In this document: piece after piece, positions 26,812-36,690 of the stretch
Layout: each line of letters starts with the position of its first letter
Numbering within the stretch: the stretch's first letter is position 1
Assembly (NCBI GenBank): GCA_965208855.1
Contig: OZ242359.1
Coordinates: forward strand, 966,237-1,030,236
Source: Candidatus Azotimanducaceae bacterium
Lineage (GTDB): Bacteria; Pseudomonadota; Gammaproteobacteria; Pseudomonadales; Azotimanducaceae
DNA: 64,000 nt
Direction: 5' to 3'
Notes under the pieces: model-generated
Databases searched by the model: none
What the model was told of the DNA's origin: nothing
What the model saw: only the letters and a program-made list of their open reading frames with translations
Translations under genes and position numbers: made by a program

Positions 26812-28101
26812 TCAGGTTTCTTGTTCGTTATCGGGTTTTGGTTCTTCAAGCAGCTCAGGTTTGCGTTGTTTAATCTCCGCTTCTATTTCGTCGGGTAGTT
26901 TTGCTTGATATAAGGTTTTTGCTGTCAATAATTGTTCAGTGGTTAAATTGTTAGCGCCTGTTAAATCTGCTCCTTGTAAATTAGCATTCTGTAAATCGGC
27001 CCCCTCGAAATCAGCATTCTGTAAATCAACCTCCTCGAAATAAGTGTCTTGTAATTTAGCACCGATGAAATTGGCATCCTGTAAATTGGCTCTTTCGAAA
27101 TGAGATTTTCGCAATACAGCCTTATTGAAAATGGCCCTATATAAATTAGCGTTGAGGAAATAAGCACTTTGTAAATTGGCTTCCCCGAAATTAGCTCTCT
27201 GCAATTTAGCGCTAACGAAAGTCGCGCTATTAAACTTAGCATTGTGGAAATTAGCATCCTGTAAATCGGTCTCATCCAAAATAGCTCTCTGCAATTCAGC
27301 GCCATAGAAAGTGGTGCTATTTAAATTAGCATTGCGGAAATTAGCATCCTGTAAAACGGCTCCCCCGAAGTTAGCTCCCTGCAATTTAACGCTAATGAAA
27401 AGGGCGCTATTTAAATAAGCATAGGCGAAACAAGCACTCTGTAAACCGGCTCCCTCGAAATTAGCGCCTTGTAAATTAGCTTTGAGGAAAACAGCATGCT
27501 GTAAGTTAGTATTCCCTAAAGTAGTCGCTTTTAGCTCTGAATGCTCTAAATTAGCTGTAAATTCTGTATAGATGTCACATCCTGGAGAGTCAATGAACAA
27601 CAATTTCAATATGCTTTGGATTTCAATGTTTGGTTGAGAAAACATTTCAGAATTTTCCTCTCCTATTTGTATCATTCTCGGCTTATATCCATCCTGCGTT
27701 GTTGTGTCTCTGATATGTCCGCATAGTATTTCCAATATTCGCTCCCGGTATTCTTTCTCATCTTGCGCAATATGATGCAAGGCATAGATGCCGCCCAAAC
27801 GGACGGATGGGGATTCATGCCCCAGGTGCTCAATGGCGTTCTTGAAGCGTTCGGCAATGTTGCCTTTTTCGGTTGAGTCTGCCGTTTTTTGCATTGCCTT
27901 AGCAGTTTCGTCTGCCGCATTAGCGCGTTGGCTGGAAGCCATGACTTGCCACAGTAACAATCCACCGCCGGTCAAATAGGCAACGAATTTTGCAAGTTCC
28001 GGGTCATATCGGAACGAAACAATAAGCCCCACTATTCCAACAACCCCTACGACAATGAGTATGCCCTTCCAGGCACCAATCAATTGTTCCTTAAAGTCCA
28101 T
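26812..28101 (-). CDS. membrane-anchored pentapeptide-repeat protein
   Basis: The ORF spans 26812-28161 with a TTG start. ATG 28101 (MDFKEQLIG) is preferred, but the start is uncertain. It has two N-terminal TM helices, a helical linker, then about 35 A(D/N)LxG-type pentapeptide repeats (ANLQGANFEGAGLQSA...). Confidence 0.8.
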   Translation of the reverse strand: MDFKEQLIGAWKGILIVVGVVGIVGLIVSFRYDPELAKFVAYLTGGGLLLWQVMASSQRANAADETAKAMQKTADSTEKGNIAERFKNAIEHLGHESPSVRLGGIYALHHIAQDEKEYRERILEILCGHIRDTTTQDGYKPRMIQIGEENSEMFSQPNIEIQSILKLLFIDSPGCDIYTEFTANLEHSELKATTLGNTNLQHAVFLKANLQGANFEGAGLQSACFAYAYLNSALFISVKLQGANFGGAVLQDANFRNANLNSTTFYGAELQRAILDETDLQDANFHNAKFNSATFVSAKLQRANFGEANLQSAYFLNANLYRAIFNKAVLRKSHFERANLQDANFIGAKLQDTYFEEVDLQNADFEGADLQNANLQGADLTGANNLTTEQLLTAKTLYQAKLPDEIEAEIKQRKPELLEEPKPDNEQET

Positions 28102-28212
28102 AATCACTAATGACCTACTTTCATATGCTGCATATAGATTGAGAAGGGGATTATGTAGCAAAGTGCCTACATAGTGTTTGATAGAATGGCACTAAATGCC
28201 CTTCCCTTATTC

Positions 28213-28460
28213 CGTCATTCTCGCCGAGGCCGAAAGCCGCAGGCGGGAATCCAGGCGCGGCGTAGCCGCGTATAATAACGAGTCCGGCGTAGCCGGGACA
28301 TTGTTAATGGCGGCTTGCGCCGCCATTAATTAAGCAGCGTGCCCCCCGTCAACTCCCATTGCGCTCCCGCTTCGCGGAACCGCAACTCTGGATTCCCCCC
28401 GAACCCAGTCGTCCCGCCGAAGGCGGTACGGCTGGCTGCGGCGAGAATGACGGGAAAAAG
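28213..28460. repeat. REP-like mosaic cluster (modules C and B variants)
   Basis: It contains CGTCATTCTCGCCGAGGCCGAAAGCCGCAGGCGGGAATCCAGG, GGCGGCTTGCGCCGCC, and AACTCCCATTGCGCTCCCGCTTCGCGGAACCGCAACTCTGGATTCCC. Confidence 0.9.
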
Positions 28461-28465
28461 CACCA

Positions 28466-29236
28466 CTAGAGCGGGATGGACGGAAAGCGAGCGGACCGGG
28501 TGCCCTGTATGGGCCTGTTGTCCGCCTGGTGGTAGGTGAACACCAGCGACAGCTTGGTTTCATTCGTCAGGTTCCGGCCAGCGGCATGAAACAGTCTGCT
28601 ATGAAAGAAGAGCACGTCTCCCTGCTTTAACTCTACGGCACTTGATTGTTCGATCATGGTCTTGTTCTCCGGCAAGTCAGGCCGCAGGAAGAGGGCCGCA
28701 TCAAACCGCCCCGGTTCCGGTTCCAACCTATGCGAGCCGGGTATCACTCGCAGGCAGCCATTGCGTTTATTTTCATCGCCCAGCGCCAGCCAAACGCTAA
28801 CCAGGTCTTCGCGGTCAAAGGACCAGTAACGGTTATCCTGATGCCACAGGGTCACGCTACTGTAACCCGGTGTCTTGGTCATAATGCAGTTATGGTGGCA
28901 TTGAGACAGCATCATCTGGCCGGGTTCTGCAAACAGCCCGTGCAGCACATCCCGGACCTCGGCGCAGGTGGCCCATTGGCGGATGGCTTGGTCACGGGCA
29001 TATGCCTGTAACAATCTTCGCGAAGTCTTTGCTTCAGGAGAGAGGGGGTCCAACGGGGCGCCCGGGTAATGCACATCAATTTCGTATTCGACCGGCGCAA
29101 TCAGTTGCGCCAGGTGGCTGGATGAAATGGCGGCAAGCGCCTCGCACTTTTCCCGGCTAACGAGTGAAGAAACCGCCAGATAACCATCCCGCCGAAACGC
29201 AGCCTTGTCTATATCTGTCAGTCGCGCTGGTTTCAC
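28466..29236 (-). CDS. phytanoyl-CoA dioxygenase (PhyH) family Fe(II)/2-oxoglutarate oxygenase
   Basis: 256-aa ORF with the HQD iron-binding triad element (LWHQDNRYW) and the distal FFHSRLFHAAGRN. Confidence 0.85.
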   Translation of the reverse strand: MKPARLTDIDKAAFRRDGYLAVSSLVSREKCEALAAISSSHLAQLIAPVEYEIDVHYPGAPLDPLSPEAKTSRRLLQAYARDQAIRQWATCAEVRDVLHGLFAEPGQMMLSQCHHNCIMTKTPGYSSVTLWHQDNRYWSFDREDLVSVWLALGDENKRNGCLRVIPGSHRLEPEPGRFDAALFLRPDLPENKTMIEQSSAVELKQGDVLFFHSRLFHAAGRNLTNETKLSLVFTYHQADNRPIQGTRSARFPSIPL

Positions 29237-29250
29237 AAGTCCATGCTCTG

Positions 29251-29949
29251 TCAGGTCATCATCGAGGATGCGGACTCTACTGCGTCCAGATGGCTTGTAT
29301 CATTGAACCCGCGAACAATAATCCTGCTGCCATCCAGAACGATGCGAGAAATGGAGCCATTGTCACAGCCGTTGAATGCAAAAGGCGATGCGCCCGCGGC
29401 AGTTGCAATGATATGGCCGATAACGCCGCCGTGAGCCACCACTACGACCAGTTCGTCCGGGTGGCTGGCGGCAATGTTCCGCAACCCCCGGAACACCCTC
29501 TCCCCCAATGCTGCCGTGGATTCGGCACCAGGAATGACATCCCAGCGCTGTTGCTCGTGCATCTGTTGGAATATGGGGTCCTGCTCGTGCGCCTTGATGC
29601 GCAGGATACCGCCTTCCCATTCACCCAGGTAAACCTCCCGTAAATCAGCTTCAACCCGGTAATCGATATCAAGATGCTGGCAAAGCGGCGCCGCTGTCTC
29701 CACCGTGCGCTTGAGGTTTGTCACATATATGGCACCAACAGGGAGGGCCTTGAGTCTTTCACCCACGGCAAGAGCCTGCTGGCGGCCCTGGGGTGCCAGT
29801 TCCGGGTCGCCGTGCCCGTCTACCAGGGGGAAGGGGTCTTCGGCGGTGGCCGGCCTCGACTCACCATGACGCACTAACAAGATTTCCGTGGCCCCCGGCG
29901 GCCGTTCAAACCTGTGTTGTCTGTACTCCTTCGGCATAATGGCACCCAT
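29251..29949 (-). CDS. histidine phosphatase (phosphoglycerate-mutase-like) family protein
   Basis: The ORF spans 29251-30030. The likely start is ATG 29949 or 29937. The catalytic LVRHGES motif and the downstream VVVAHGGVI are present. Confidence 0.8.
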   Translation of the reverse strand: MGAIMPKEYRQHRFERPPGATEILLVRHGESRPATAEDPFPLVDGHGDPELAPQGRQQALAVGERLKALPVGAIYVTNLKRTVETAAPLCQHLDIDYRVEADLREVYLGEWEGGILRIKAHEQDPIFQQMHEQQRWDVIPGAESTAALGERVFRGLRNIAASHPDELVVVVAHGGVIGHIIATAAGASPFAFNGCDNGSISRIVLDGSRIIVRGFNDTSHLDAVESASSMMT

Positions 29950-30030
29950 AAAGACACGAGGCGGCAGTGTACCGAAATTGTTATGATCGGATAAGTCCCG
30001 TACCCCGGGAAGTTGAAGGAGAATAATCAC

Positions 30031-30444
30031 ATGAATATTGCTTACCAGACCGCAAGAATCCTGGTGCTGTTGTTTGCCCTGCTGTTTCTCGTCATGGGAA
30101 TGCAGTGGATGTTTGTCCCGCAGAACATGATCGGAGATGTTTCCCTGCTCCCCGTCGGTATCCCGGGATTGGCCATTCTGCGGGCGGATTTGGGCTCCTT
30201 TTTTCTGGTTGCGGGTATTACCGCCGCTTTGGGCGCTTCCGGTATACGCAACGCCAACGGTTATCTTTTTTGTAGCGGCCTGCTGATAGGTTTTGCGGCC
30301 ATTGGTCGTTTGGCGGGCTTTGCGCTCGACGGCATTGTTGAAGAATCCTTCACGCCATTCATCATTGAATTGGTCATCATTACCCTCTATGTGGGCCTTG
30401 CGGCGGCTCGCGGGCGCATCGAAAAGAAGACCGCAGATACATGA
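30031..30444 (+). CDS. small integral membrane protein (about 4 TM helices), function unknown
   Basis: The ORF spans 30013-30444. The ATG at 30031 gives MNIAYQTARILVLLFALLFLVMG. Hydrophobic periodicity is the only evidence. Confidence 0.5.
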   Translation: MNIAYQTARILVLLFALLFLVMGMQWMFVPQNMIGDVSLLPVGIPGLAILRADLGSFFLVAGITAALGASGIRNANGYLFCSGLLIGFAAIGRLAGFALDGIVEESFTPFIIELVIITLYVGLAAARGRIEKKTADT

Positions 30445-31991
30445 GCTGGCGCAAGGAAGTCGCCGAGCTGCATCTGCGCAGCGGGCTTGCGGAAAAGATG
30501 GGCGGCGAAGACAAGGTCGCCCGGCAACATGAGTTTGGCAAGCTCACCATTCGCGAAAGAATCGACAGAATCGCTGACCCAGGCAGTTTTCACGAGATAG
30601 GCAAGCTGGCGGGGGTCGGGGAATATGACGACCAGGGGGAGATGCAAAGGTTCACGCCCTCCAATTTCGTATTTGGCACGGCGGCGATAGACGGCAGGCC
30701 GGTGATTATTTCCGGTGATGATTTTACCGTGCGCGGCGGTTCCGCGGACGCTTCGATTGCCGGTAAACGAATGCAGTCGGAAGGGCTGGCGGCGGAACTT
30801 CGCCTGCCCCACGTCCGGCTGGTGGACGGCATGGGCGGCGGGGGTTCGGTCAAGACGATTGAAACCGCCGGGCGAACCTACATCCCGAGAGTCGCCGGCT
30901 GGGATGTTATTGTTGGTCATCTTGGCATAGCGCCTTCCGTGTCTCTTGCGCTGGGCAGTGTTGCCGGTATCGGTGCCGCCAGAGTTGCTTCCTCGCACTA
31001 TTCCGTCATCGTCAAAGACACGGCGCAAATGATGATTGCCGGGCCTGCCCTGGTGGGTTGGGCAAGCCTCGGTGACGTGAGCAAGGAAGAGTTGGGCTCC
31101 AGCAAGATACATACCCGCAACGGCGCTATTGATGATGAAGCGTCATCCGAGGATGAAGCCTTTGCCATGGCGAAGAGGTTTCTCAGCTACCTGCCGGAAA
31201 ATGTTGATCAACTGCCCGAGCGCACCCCCGGCAATGACCCGACGGACAGGCGCGAGGAGTTCCTTCTGGAAGTGGCGCCCAGGGACCCGAGGAAGGTCTA
31301 CAAGATGCGCTCAGTTATCGAGGCGGTGACAGACAAAGCATCATTCTTCGAGATTGGCCGCAAGTGGGGCAAATCCATCATTACGGGGCTTGCGCGGCTG
31401 GATGGCATTCCCATTGCCCTGTTTGCGGAAGACCCCATGATATATGGCGGCGCCTGGTCAGCGGATGCCTGCCGAAAGCTGATCAGGTTTTGTGACCTTG
31501 CCTCCACCTTCCACCTGCCCCTGGTGCATCTGGTTGATTGCCCCGGCTTCCTGATTGGCAAGCAGGCCGAAGAAAGCGCAACGATTCGCTTTGGTTCTCA
31601 AGCACTCGCCGCCCTCGGCCAGGCGACTGTGCCCTTCTGCAGCGTCGTCGTGAGAAAAGCGTTTGGCGTCGCTGGCGCAGCAAACACCAAGCCCGGCAGC
31701 CACCATTTCAGGTTTGCCTGGCCATCCGGCGACTGGGGTTCTCTGCCGATAGAAGGCGGTATAGAGGTGGCCTATAAAGCGGAGTTGGAAAAAGCGGCAG
31801 ACCAGGATGCGCATCTTGCCGACATCAAAGAGAGGCTCAACAAGCTGCGCTCACCTTTCCGCTCCGCCGAATATTTTGAAATAGAAGACATCATTGACCC
31901 CAGAGACACACGCCCCAACCTTTGTCGTTGGGCAAACATCGTTTACCGCGCCCTGCAACCCGGTGCCTCGTCTTTTACTTATCGGCCATAG
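30441..31991 (+). CDS. acyl-CoA carboxylase carboxyltransferase (beta) subunit family protein
   Basis: 516-aa ORF. ERIDRIADPGSFHEIG, GDDFTVRGGS and the later FAEDPMIYGGAW are typical of the carboxyl-transferase domain. Confidence 0.85.
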   Translation: MSWRKEVAELHLRSGLAEKMGGEDKVARQHEFGKLTIRERIDRIADPGSFHEIGKLAGVGEYDDQGEMQRFTPSNFVFGTAAIDGRPVIISGDDFTVRGGSADASIAGKRMQSEGLAAELRLPHVRLVDGMGGGGSVKTIETAGRTYIPRVAGWDVIVGHLGIAPSVSLALGSVAGIGAARVASSHYSVIVKDTAQMMIAGPALVGWASLGDVSKEELGSSKIHTRNGAIDDEASSEDEAFAMAKRFLSYLPENVDQLPERTPGNDPTDRREEFLLEVAPRDPRKVYKMRSVIEAVTDKASFFEIGRKWGKSIITGLARLDGIPIALFAEDPMIYGGAWSADACRKLIRFCDLASTFHLPLVHLVDCPGFLIGKQAEESATIRFGSQALAALGQATVPFCSVVVRKAFGVAGAANTKPGSHHFRFAWPSGDWGSLPIEGGIEVAYKAELEKAADQDAHLADIKERLNKLRSPFRSAEYFEIEDIIDPRDTRPNLCRWANIVYRALQPGASSFTYRP

Positions 31992-32003
31992 ATGCAAGCC
32001 CGG

Positions 32004-33125
32004 CTAGAGCCTGCCCTTACCCAACTCCAATCTTCCCCTGGCGATATTCAGGCGCAGCAGGTCACTGGCACCTTCCATAAATCGCAGTGACCTGACCTCC
32101 CTGTACAGCTTTTCAAGCGGGTGCCCGACAACCAGCGCCTGACCGCCAAACAACTGCACACCCATATCCACGACGCGCCCCGCCGTCTCGGTGGTGAAGA
32201 CTTTGGTTGCCGCCGTTTCATTGACCGAATTCTCCTGTGAATCCACAATTCGGGCGGTGCGATAGAGTAGGCTGCGGGCGGCAAACGTTTCTATACGCAT
32301 ATCGGCGAAGCGCATCCTCACCCCTTCCCTTTCCCCCAACGGCGAGCCGCTGCGGTGGGGGGCCTTCAGGTGATTTTCAATAAAGTCGAGTACCCAGAGA
32401 CACATCCCCATCGCCTGTGCAGACACCATCATCCTGACATGACCGATATTGACGAGAGCTCTTGGCATACCTTCGCCCGGTTTGCCAATGATGCGATTCA
32501 TCGGCAGACGAATATCTTCAAACTTGAGGGACACATGCCCGCTGCCATCCAGTGACTTGAATTCACGGTCCACCACCAGGCCGGGGGCGTCTTTGTCAAT
32601 CACCACCATGGCGGTGCCGGCCTTGCCGCCATCGGCGTTTTCAACATTGATCAGCGCGGATATAAAGTCGGCGGTGTCGCCGCCGGTAACATAGGATTTT
32701 TGCCCATTGACGATGAGCGTGCCCCCGTCAATCCTGCCCCAGGAAGGGCGCGGCGCCGAATCCGGCTCTGTAAACGCGAAGGCGCCCCGCTTTTCGCCGC
32801 GTAATACCGGCTCAAGATAGCGGGTTTTCAGTTCCCCTTCCGCCTGATGCAACAGGCCGGGGCCTGGCCCGAAAATATAACGGGTAAGCGGGCTGTTACA
32901 TGACGCAAACAGTTCACGCAGGACGGTCAGTTCAAGCGTATCGGCCGGTCTGCCGCCAAATTCTTCCGGCTGGGTTTTATAGAAGAAGCCCGCCTCTCTG
33001 GCAGCGTCTTGCACGCGAGCCACCGCTTCCGGCGTTTCTTCCGGCAGCGGGCGAATAACGCTTTCGATAAAATTCCCGGCCTCTCGCCTGGCATTCAAGA
33101 TGGTCTCGGGCAGGTTGTCCGGCAT
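32004..33125 (-). CDS. acyl-CoA dehydrogenase family protein
   Basis: 373-aa ORF with AFAFTEPDSAP, a C-terminal GASDLLRLNIARG, and ACAD-like length and layout. Confidence 0.85.
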   Translation of the reverse strand: MPDNLPETILNARREAGNFIESVIRPLPEETPEAVARVQDAAREAGFFYKTQPEEFGGRPADTLELTVLRELFASCNSPLTRYIFGPGPGLLHQAEGELKTRYLEPVLRGEKRGAFAFTEPDSAPRPSWGRIDGGTLIVNGQKSYVTGGDTADFISALINVENADGGKAGTAMVVIDKDAPGLVVDREFKSLDGSGHVSLKFEDIRLPMNRIIGKPGEGMPRALVNIGHVRMMVSAQAMGMCLWVLDFIENHLKAPHRSGSPLGEREGVRMRFADMRIETFAARSLLYRTARIVDSQENSVNETAATKVFTTETAGRVVDMGVQLFGGQALVVGHPLEKLYREVRSLRFMEGASDLLRLNIARGRLELGKGRL

Positions 33126-33250
33126 GGCAATTCCTCCGTTTTTCTCCAGTCAATCAAACACCCTTGCCTATCATACCGCAAGTATGGGCCGCCGGATCTT
33201 TGACTAACAATTCAAATATGGTGCGAAACCTTGTTATGACGGCTCTCATT

Positions 33251-33460
33251 CGTCATCCCAGGCGATGGGGGGTTGTTCCCATCGCCGACAGTTCCCCCAG
33301 GCGATGCGGGGTTGTTCCCATCGCCGACAGTTCCCCCAGGCGTCACCCCTATGGCGGCTACGCCGCCACTCTGGATTCCCGAGCAAGCTCGAGAATGACG
33401 GGCTGGGGCATGGCGGCTACGCCGCCACTCTGGATTCCCGGGCTACGCCCGAGAATGACG
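33251..33460. repeat. REP-like mosaic cluster (2 module-A hairpins, 2 module-B units)
   Basis: Read directly. CCAGGCGATGGGGGGTTGTTCCCATCGCCGACAG occurs twice and GGCGGCTACGCCGCCACTCTGGATTCCCG occurs twice. Confidence 0.9.
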
Positions 33461-33585
33461 ACAAAAGAAAACGCAAGCCGGACCATGACGACGGAGGGGA
33501 GCGGCGGGGTTTCTTTATATGGGCCAACAAATCCCTGCGCCGGTCAAAAATGGTATTCTTCGCAAAAGAATCTTAAGGAGCGCAC

Positions 33586-34641
33586 ATGAGAACTGCCATC
33601 GGCATCGGTAGCGCCTACTACAATGGCGAGGACTGGGATCAACTGGTGGAACACACCATCGAGGCGGACAGGATGGGCGTGGATTTCGTCTGGTCTGCGG
33701 AAGCCTGGGGCATGGACGCCGTCGTACCTCTCGCCTACATGGCCGCAATGACCGAGAACATTACGCTTGGCTCCGGCATCATGCAGATCAGTGCCCGCGT
33801 CCCTTCCATGATTGCCATGACAGCCCAGAGCATGGCGGCTGTATCCAATAATCGCTTTGTCCTTGGCTTGGGGGTCAGCGGCCCGCAGGTTGTAGAGGGT
33901 TTACACGGCGCACCCTTCGCCCACCCTCTTCGGAGACTGCGGGAATGCCTGGAAATAATCAGGCTGGGCCTGAACGGAGAACGGCTGCAATACGAAGGTC
34001 AACATTATGTGTTGCCCAGGCCCGGCGGCGAAGGCAAGCCCATCAAGCTGTCGCAACCGCCAAGAAAAGACCTGCCTGTCTACCTCGCAACTCTGGGCCC
34101 GAAATCTCTTGAAATGACCGGCGAGCTTGCCGATGGCTGGCTCGGGACATCCTTTATTCCCGAACATGCGGACGTATTCCTCGACCCGCTCAGGAAGGGC
34201 CTGGCAAAATCCGGCAGAACGCTTGCCGACATGGACATACAGATTGGCGGCAGCTTTGAAATCGGCGACGATGTGGAGCCCATGATCGCGGCGCGTAAAC
34301 CCGCCATGGCATTTACCCTCGGGGGCATGGGCAGCGCCAAGACCAATTTCTACAATGACGCCTTCCGCCGGAGCGGCTACACGGATGTGGCGCAGGAAGT
34401 TCAAGACCTGTGGGTCAAGGGCAGGAAAGAGCAAGCCGCCCAGCGGGTGCCGGATGATATGATTCTGAAAACCAACCTGATCGGCACGGAAGACATGGTG
34501 CGCGAAAGGCTCCGCATTTATCGCGATGCGGGGGTAACAACACTCAGGCTCAGTACCGGCGGCAAGAACTGGAAGGAAAGAACCGATAGCCTTGCGGAGG
34601 CCGTCGATCTTGTTAAATCAGAATCAGAATCCTGGAATTAA
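33586..34641 (+). CDS. LLM-class (luciferase-like) flavin/F420-dependent oxidoreductase
   Basis: 351-aa ORF with SAEAWGMDAV and LGLGVSGPQVVEGLHG, typical of the LLM family. Confidence 0.85.
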   Translation: MRTAIGIGSAYYNGEDWDQLVEHTIEADRMGVDFVWSAEAWGMDAVVPLAYMAAMTENITLGSGIMQISARVPSMIAMTAQSMAAVSNNRFVLGLGVSGPQVVEGLHGAPFAHPLRRLRECLEIIRLGLNGERLQYEGQHYVLPRPGGEGKPIKLSQPPRKDLPVYLATLGPKSLEMTGELADGWLGTSFIPEHADVFLDPLRKGLAKSGRTLADMDIQIGGSFEIGDDVEPMIAARKPAMAFTLGGMGSAKTNFYNDAFRRSGYTDVAQEVQDLWVKGRKEQAAQRVPDDMILKTNLIGTEDMVRERLRIYRDAGVTTLRLSTGGKNWKERTDSLAEAVDLVKSESESWN

Positions 34642-34645
34642 CAGC

Positions 34646-35518
34646 ATGAATCAATGGCAAATTGGCAAGGTGAAAATTACCCGGGTGATTGAAATGGAAA
34701 TCTCTGGCGGCTCCCGTTTCATTCTTCCCCAGGCCACCCGGGATATCGTCAAGGAAATCGACTGGCTGGCACCGCATTTTGCCGACGAAGACGGCAATCT
34801 GATTATGAGCATTCACGCGCTGGTGATAGAGACGCCGAACCGCAAGATGATCGTGGATACCTGTATAGGTAACGACAAACAACGCAACATTCCCACCTGG
34901 AACAATCTTCAGCTTCCTTTCCTCGAAGACCTGGCCGCCGCCGGCTATGACCGCCACAAGATAGACACTGTCATGTGCACGCATCTACATGTTGATCATG
35001 TCGGTTGGAATACCATGATGGTGGATGGCGAATGGCTCCCCACCTTTCCCAACGCCCGCTACCTGATGGGCGAGGAAGAATATGAATACTGGGATCAAAT
35101 CTCCCCGGAAGACCCCAACAGTGCCGTCATGGGGGATTCCGTCCAGCCCGTCTTCGATGCCGGTCTGGTGGACCTGGTGGCAATGGACTATCGGATTTGC
35201 GACGAGGTATATCTGGAGCCGACAACCGGACACACCCCCGGCCATGTCAGCGTCCATATCGAATCGGAAGGCCAACAGGCATTGATAACCGGCGACTGCA
35301 TTCATCATCCCTGCCAGATAGAACGCCTCGAATGGTCAAGCGCCGCCGACTTTGACCCGGAAGAGGCTTTCGTCACCCGGCAATACCTGATGGACAAATA
35401 CGCCGACCAGGACATACTGATCATCGGCACCCACTTTGCAACGCCAACGGCCGGGTACCTGAAATCCAGGGGAGATGGCTACTGGCTGGATGTCGGTGAA
35501 TCATCCGGCCAGGAATGA
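34646..35518 (+). CDS. MBL-fold metallo-hydrolase
   Basis: The ORF spans 34592-35518. The ATG at 34646 (MNQWQIGKVKITRV) is preferred. The HxHxDH motif is THLHVDHVG. Confidence 0.8.
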   Translation: MNQWQIGKVKITRVIEMEISGGSRFILPQATRDIVKEIDWLAPHFADEDGNLIMSIHALVIETPNRKMIVDTCIGNDKQRNIPTWNNLQLPFLEDLAAAGYDRHKIDTVMCTHLHVDHVGWNTMMVDGEWLPTFPNARYLMGEEEYEYWDQISPEDPNSAVMGDSVQPVFDAGLVDLVAMDYRICDEVYLEPTTGHTPGHVSVHIESEGQQALITGDCIHHPCQIERLEWSSAADFDPEEAFVTRQYLMDKYADQDILIIGTHFATPTAGYLKSRGDGYWLDVGESSGQE

Positions 35519-35524
35519 TAATCC

Positions 35525-36634
35525 ATGACCACGGGCGATAACGACATCCGGTATCCCTTCCGGGAGGTGCCGACTTACGGCGACATCCTTGAGGTGGCGC
35601 AGGGCGTTTACTGGCTGAGAATGCCGCTGCCCATGTCCCTCAACCATATCAATCTCTATCTCCTGGAAGGCGGGGATGGCTGGACCATCGTCGATACCGG
35701 GATACGCGGCGAGGAAACCCGGGGCCACTGGCGCACCATCTTCGCGAACTGTCTCGGCGGCAAACCGGTCAACCAGATTATCTGCACACACATGCACCCG
35801 GACCACACCGGCCAGGCGGGTTTCCTGACGCACCACTGGCGTGCGCCTCTGTTGATGAGTCATGGCGAGTATTATCAGGCTCGCGTGATGAACACCATGA
35901 TGCGTGAGGGCAACGCCTGGCAAATGAGTGAATACTTTGAACGCGCAGGCGTAGCCGCCGATTTTCTGGCGCGCATGGCGGAAATGCGCAGCAGCTTCAT
36001 GCCGGAACCGGAAGACCTGCCCATGCCGGCTTCTTACATCCGCTTGAGCGACGGCGGGCAAATCAGGATTGGCGACCATACCTGGCGCATAGTGACCGGC
36101 AACGGACATTCTCCGGAACATGTCTGCCTGTATTGCGAAAAACTCAAACTGCTGATTTCCGGAGACCAGATTCTGCCGGTTATTACATCCAACGTCAGCG
36201 TCATGCCCACCGAGCCATTCGGCAACCCGCTGGTGGGGTGGATAGCGTCCCATGAGAAGTTCAAGGCGATGCTGCCGGATGATCTGCTGGTGCTGCCGGC
36301 GCACAATGAGCCTTTCCATGGTGTACAGGCAAGGCTGCAACAGTTGATAGACCACCATGAAGACAGGATGCTGCTGCTCGAAGAAAACTGCGTGAAGCCG
36401 CAGTTAGCCGTGGACCTCTTGCCGCATCTGTTCAAGCGGAAACTGGATGGGCCTTCCATGTTCATGGGGCTTGGAGAATGTATCGCGCACCTCCACTGCC
36501 TGATGAGCCGCAACCGCATTGAAAGAACCCTCGGGGATGGCCGTTACTATTACCACGCCGTAGACCCGACATTGCCGAAGCGGGCCAGGCCGGGCCGGCA
36601 TGAAGAAGCGGATGATGCTCCACTGATGATCTGA
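35525..36634 (+). CDS. MBL-fold metallo-hydrolase with C-terminal extension
   Basis: 369-aa ORF with the HxHxDH motif THMHPDHTG and the downstream GNGHSPEH. Confidence 0.8.
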   Translation: MTTGDNDIRYPFREVPTYGDILEVAQGVYWLRMPLPMSLNHINLYLLEGGDGWTIVDTGIRGEETRGHWRTIFANCLGGKPVNQIICTHMHPDHTGQAGFLTHHWRAPLLMSHGEYYQARVMNTMMREGNAWQMSEYFERAGVAADFLARMAEMRSSFMPEPEDLPMPASYIRLSDGGQIRIGDHTWRIVTGNGHSPEHVCLYCEKLKLLISGDQILPVITSNVSVMPTEPFGNPLVGWIASHEKFKAMLPDDLLVLPAHNEPFHGVQARLQQLIDHHEDRMLLLEENCVKPQLAVDLLPHLFKRKLDGPSMFMGLGECIAHLHCLMSRNRIERTLGDGRYYYHAVDPTLPKRARPGRHEEADDAPLMI

Positions 36635-36690
36635 CCCGCCCAAGCCCTCCATGCTAGGCTAGCGGCCCGAAATTCAGGAAAGGAGACGCC

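Noticed and set aside
26961-27305. A 114-aa alternative-frame ORF inside the pentapeptide-repeat gene with its own 5-residue periodicity
   Set aside because: It is a frame-shifted reading of the 15-nt-periodic repeat DNA. The main frame gives the canonical A(D/N)LxG pattern and a complete protein with TM anchors.
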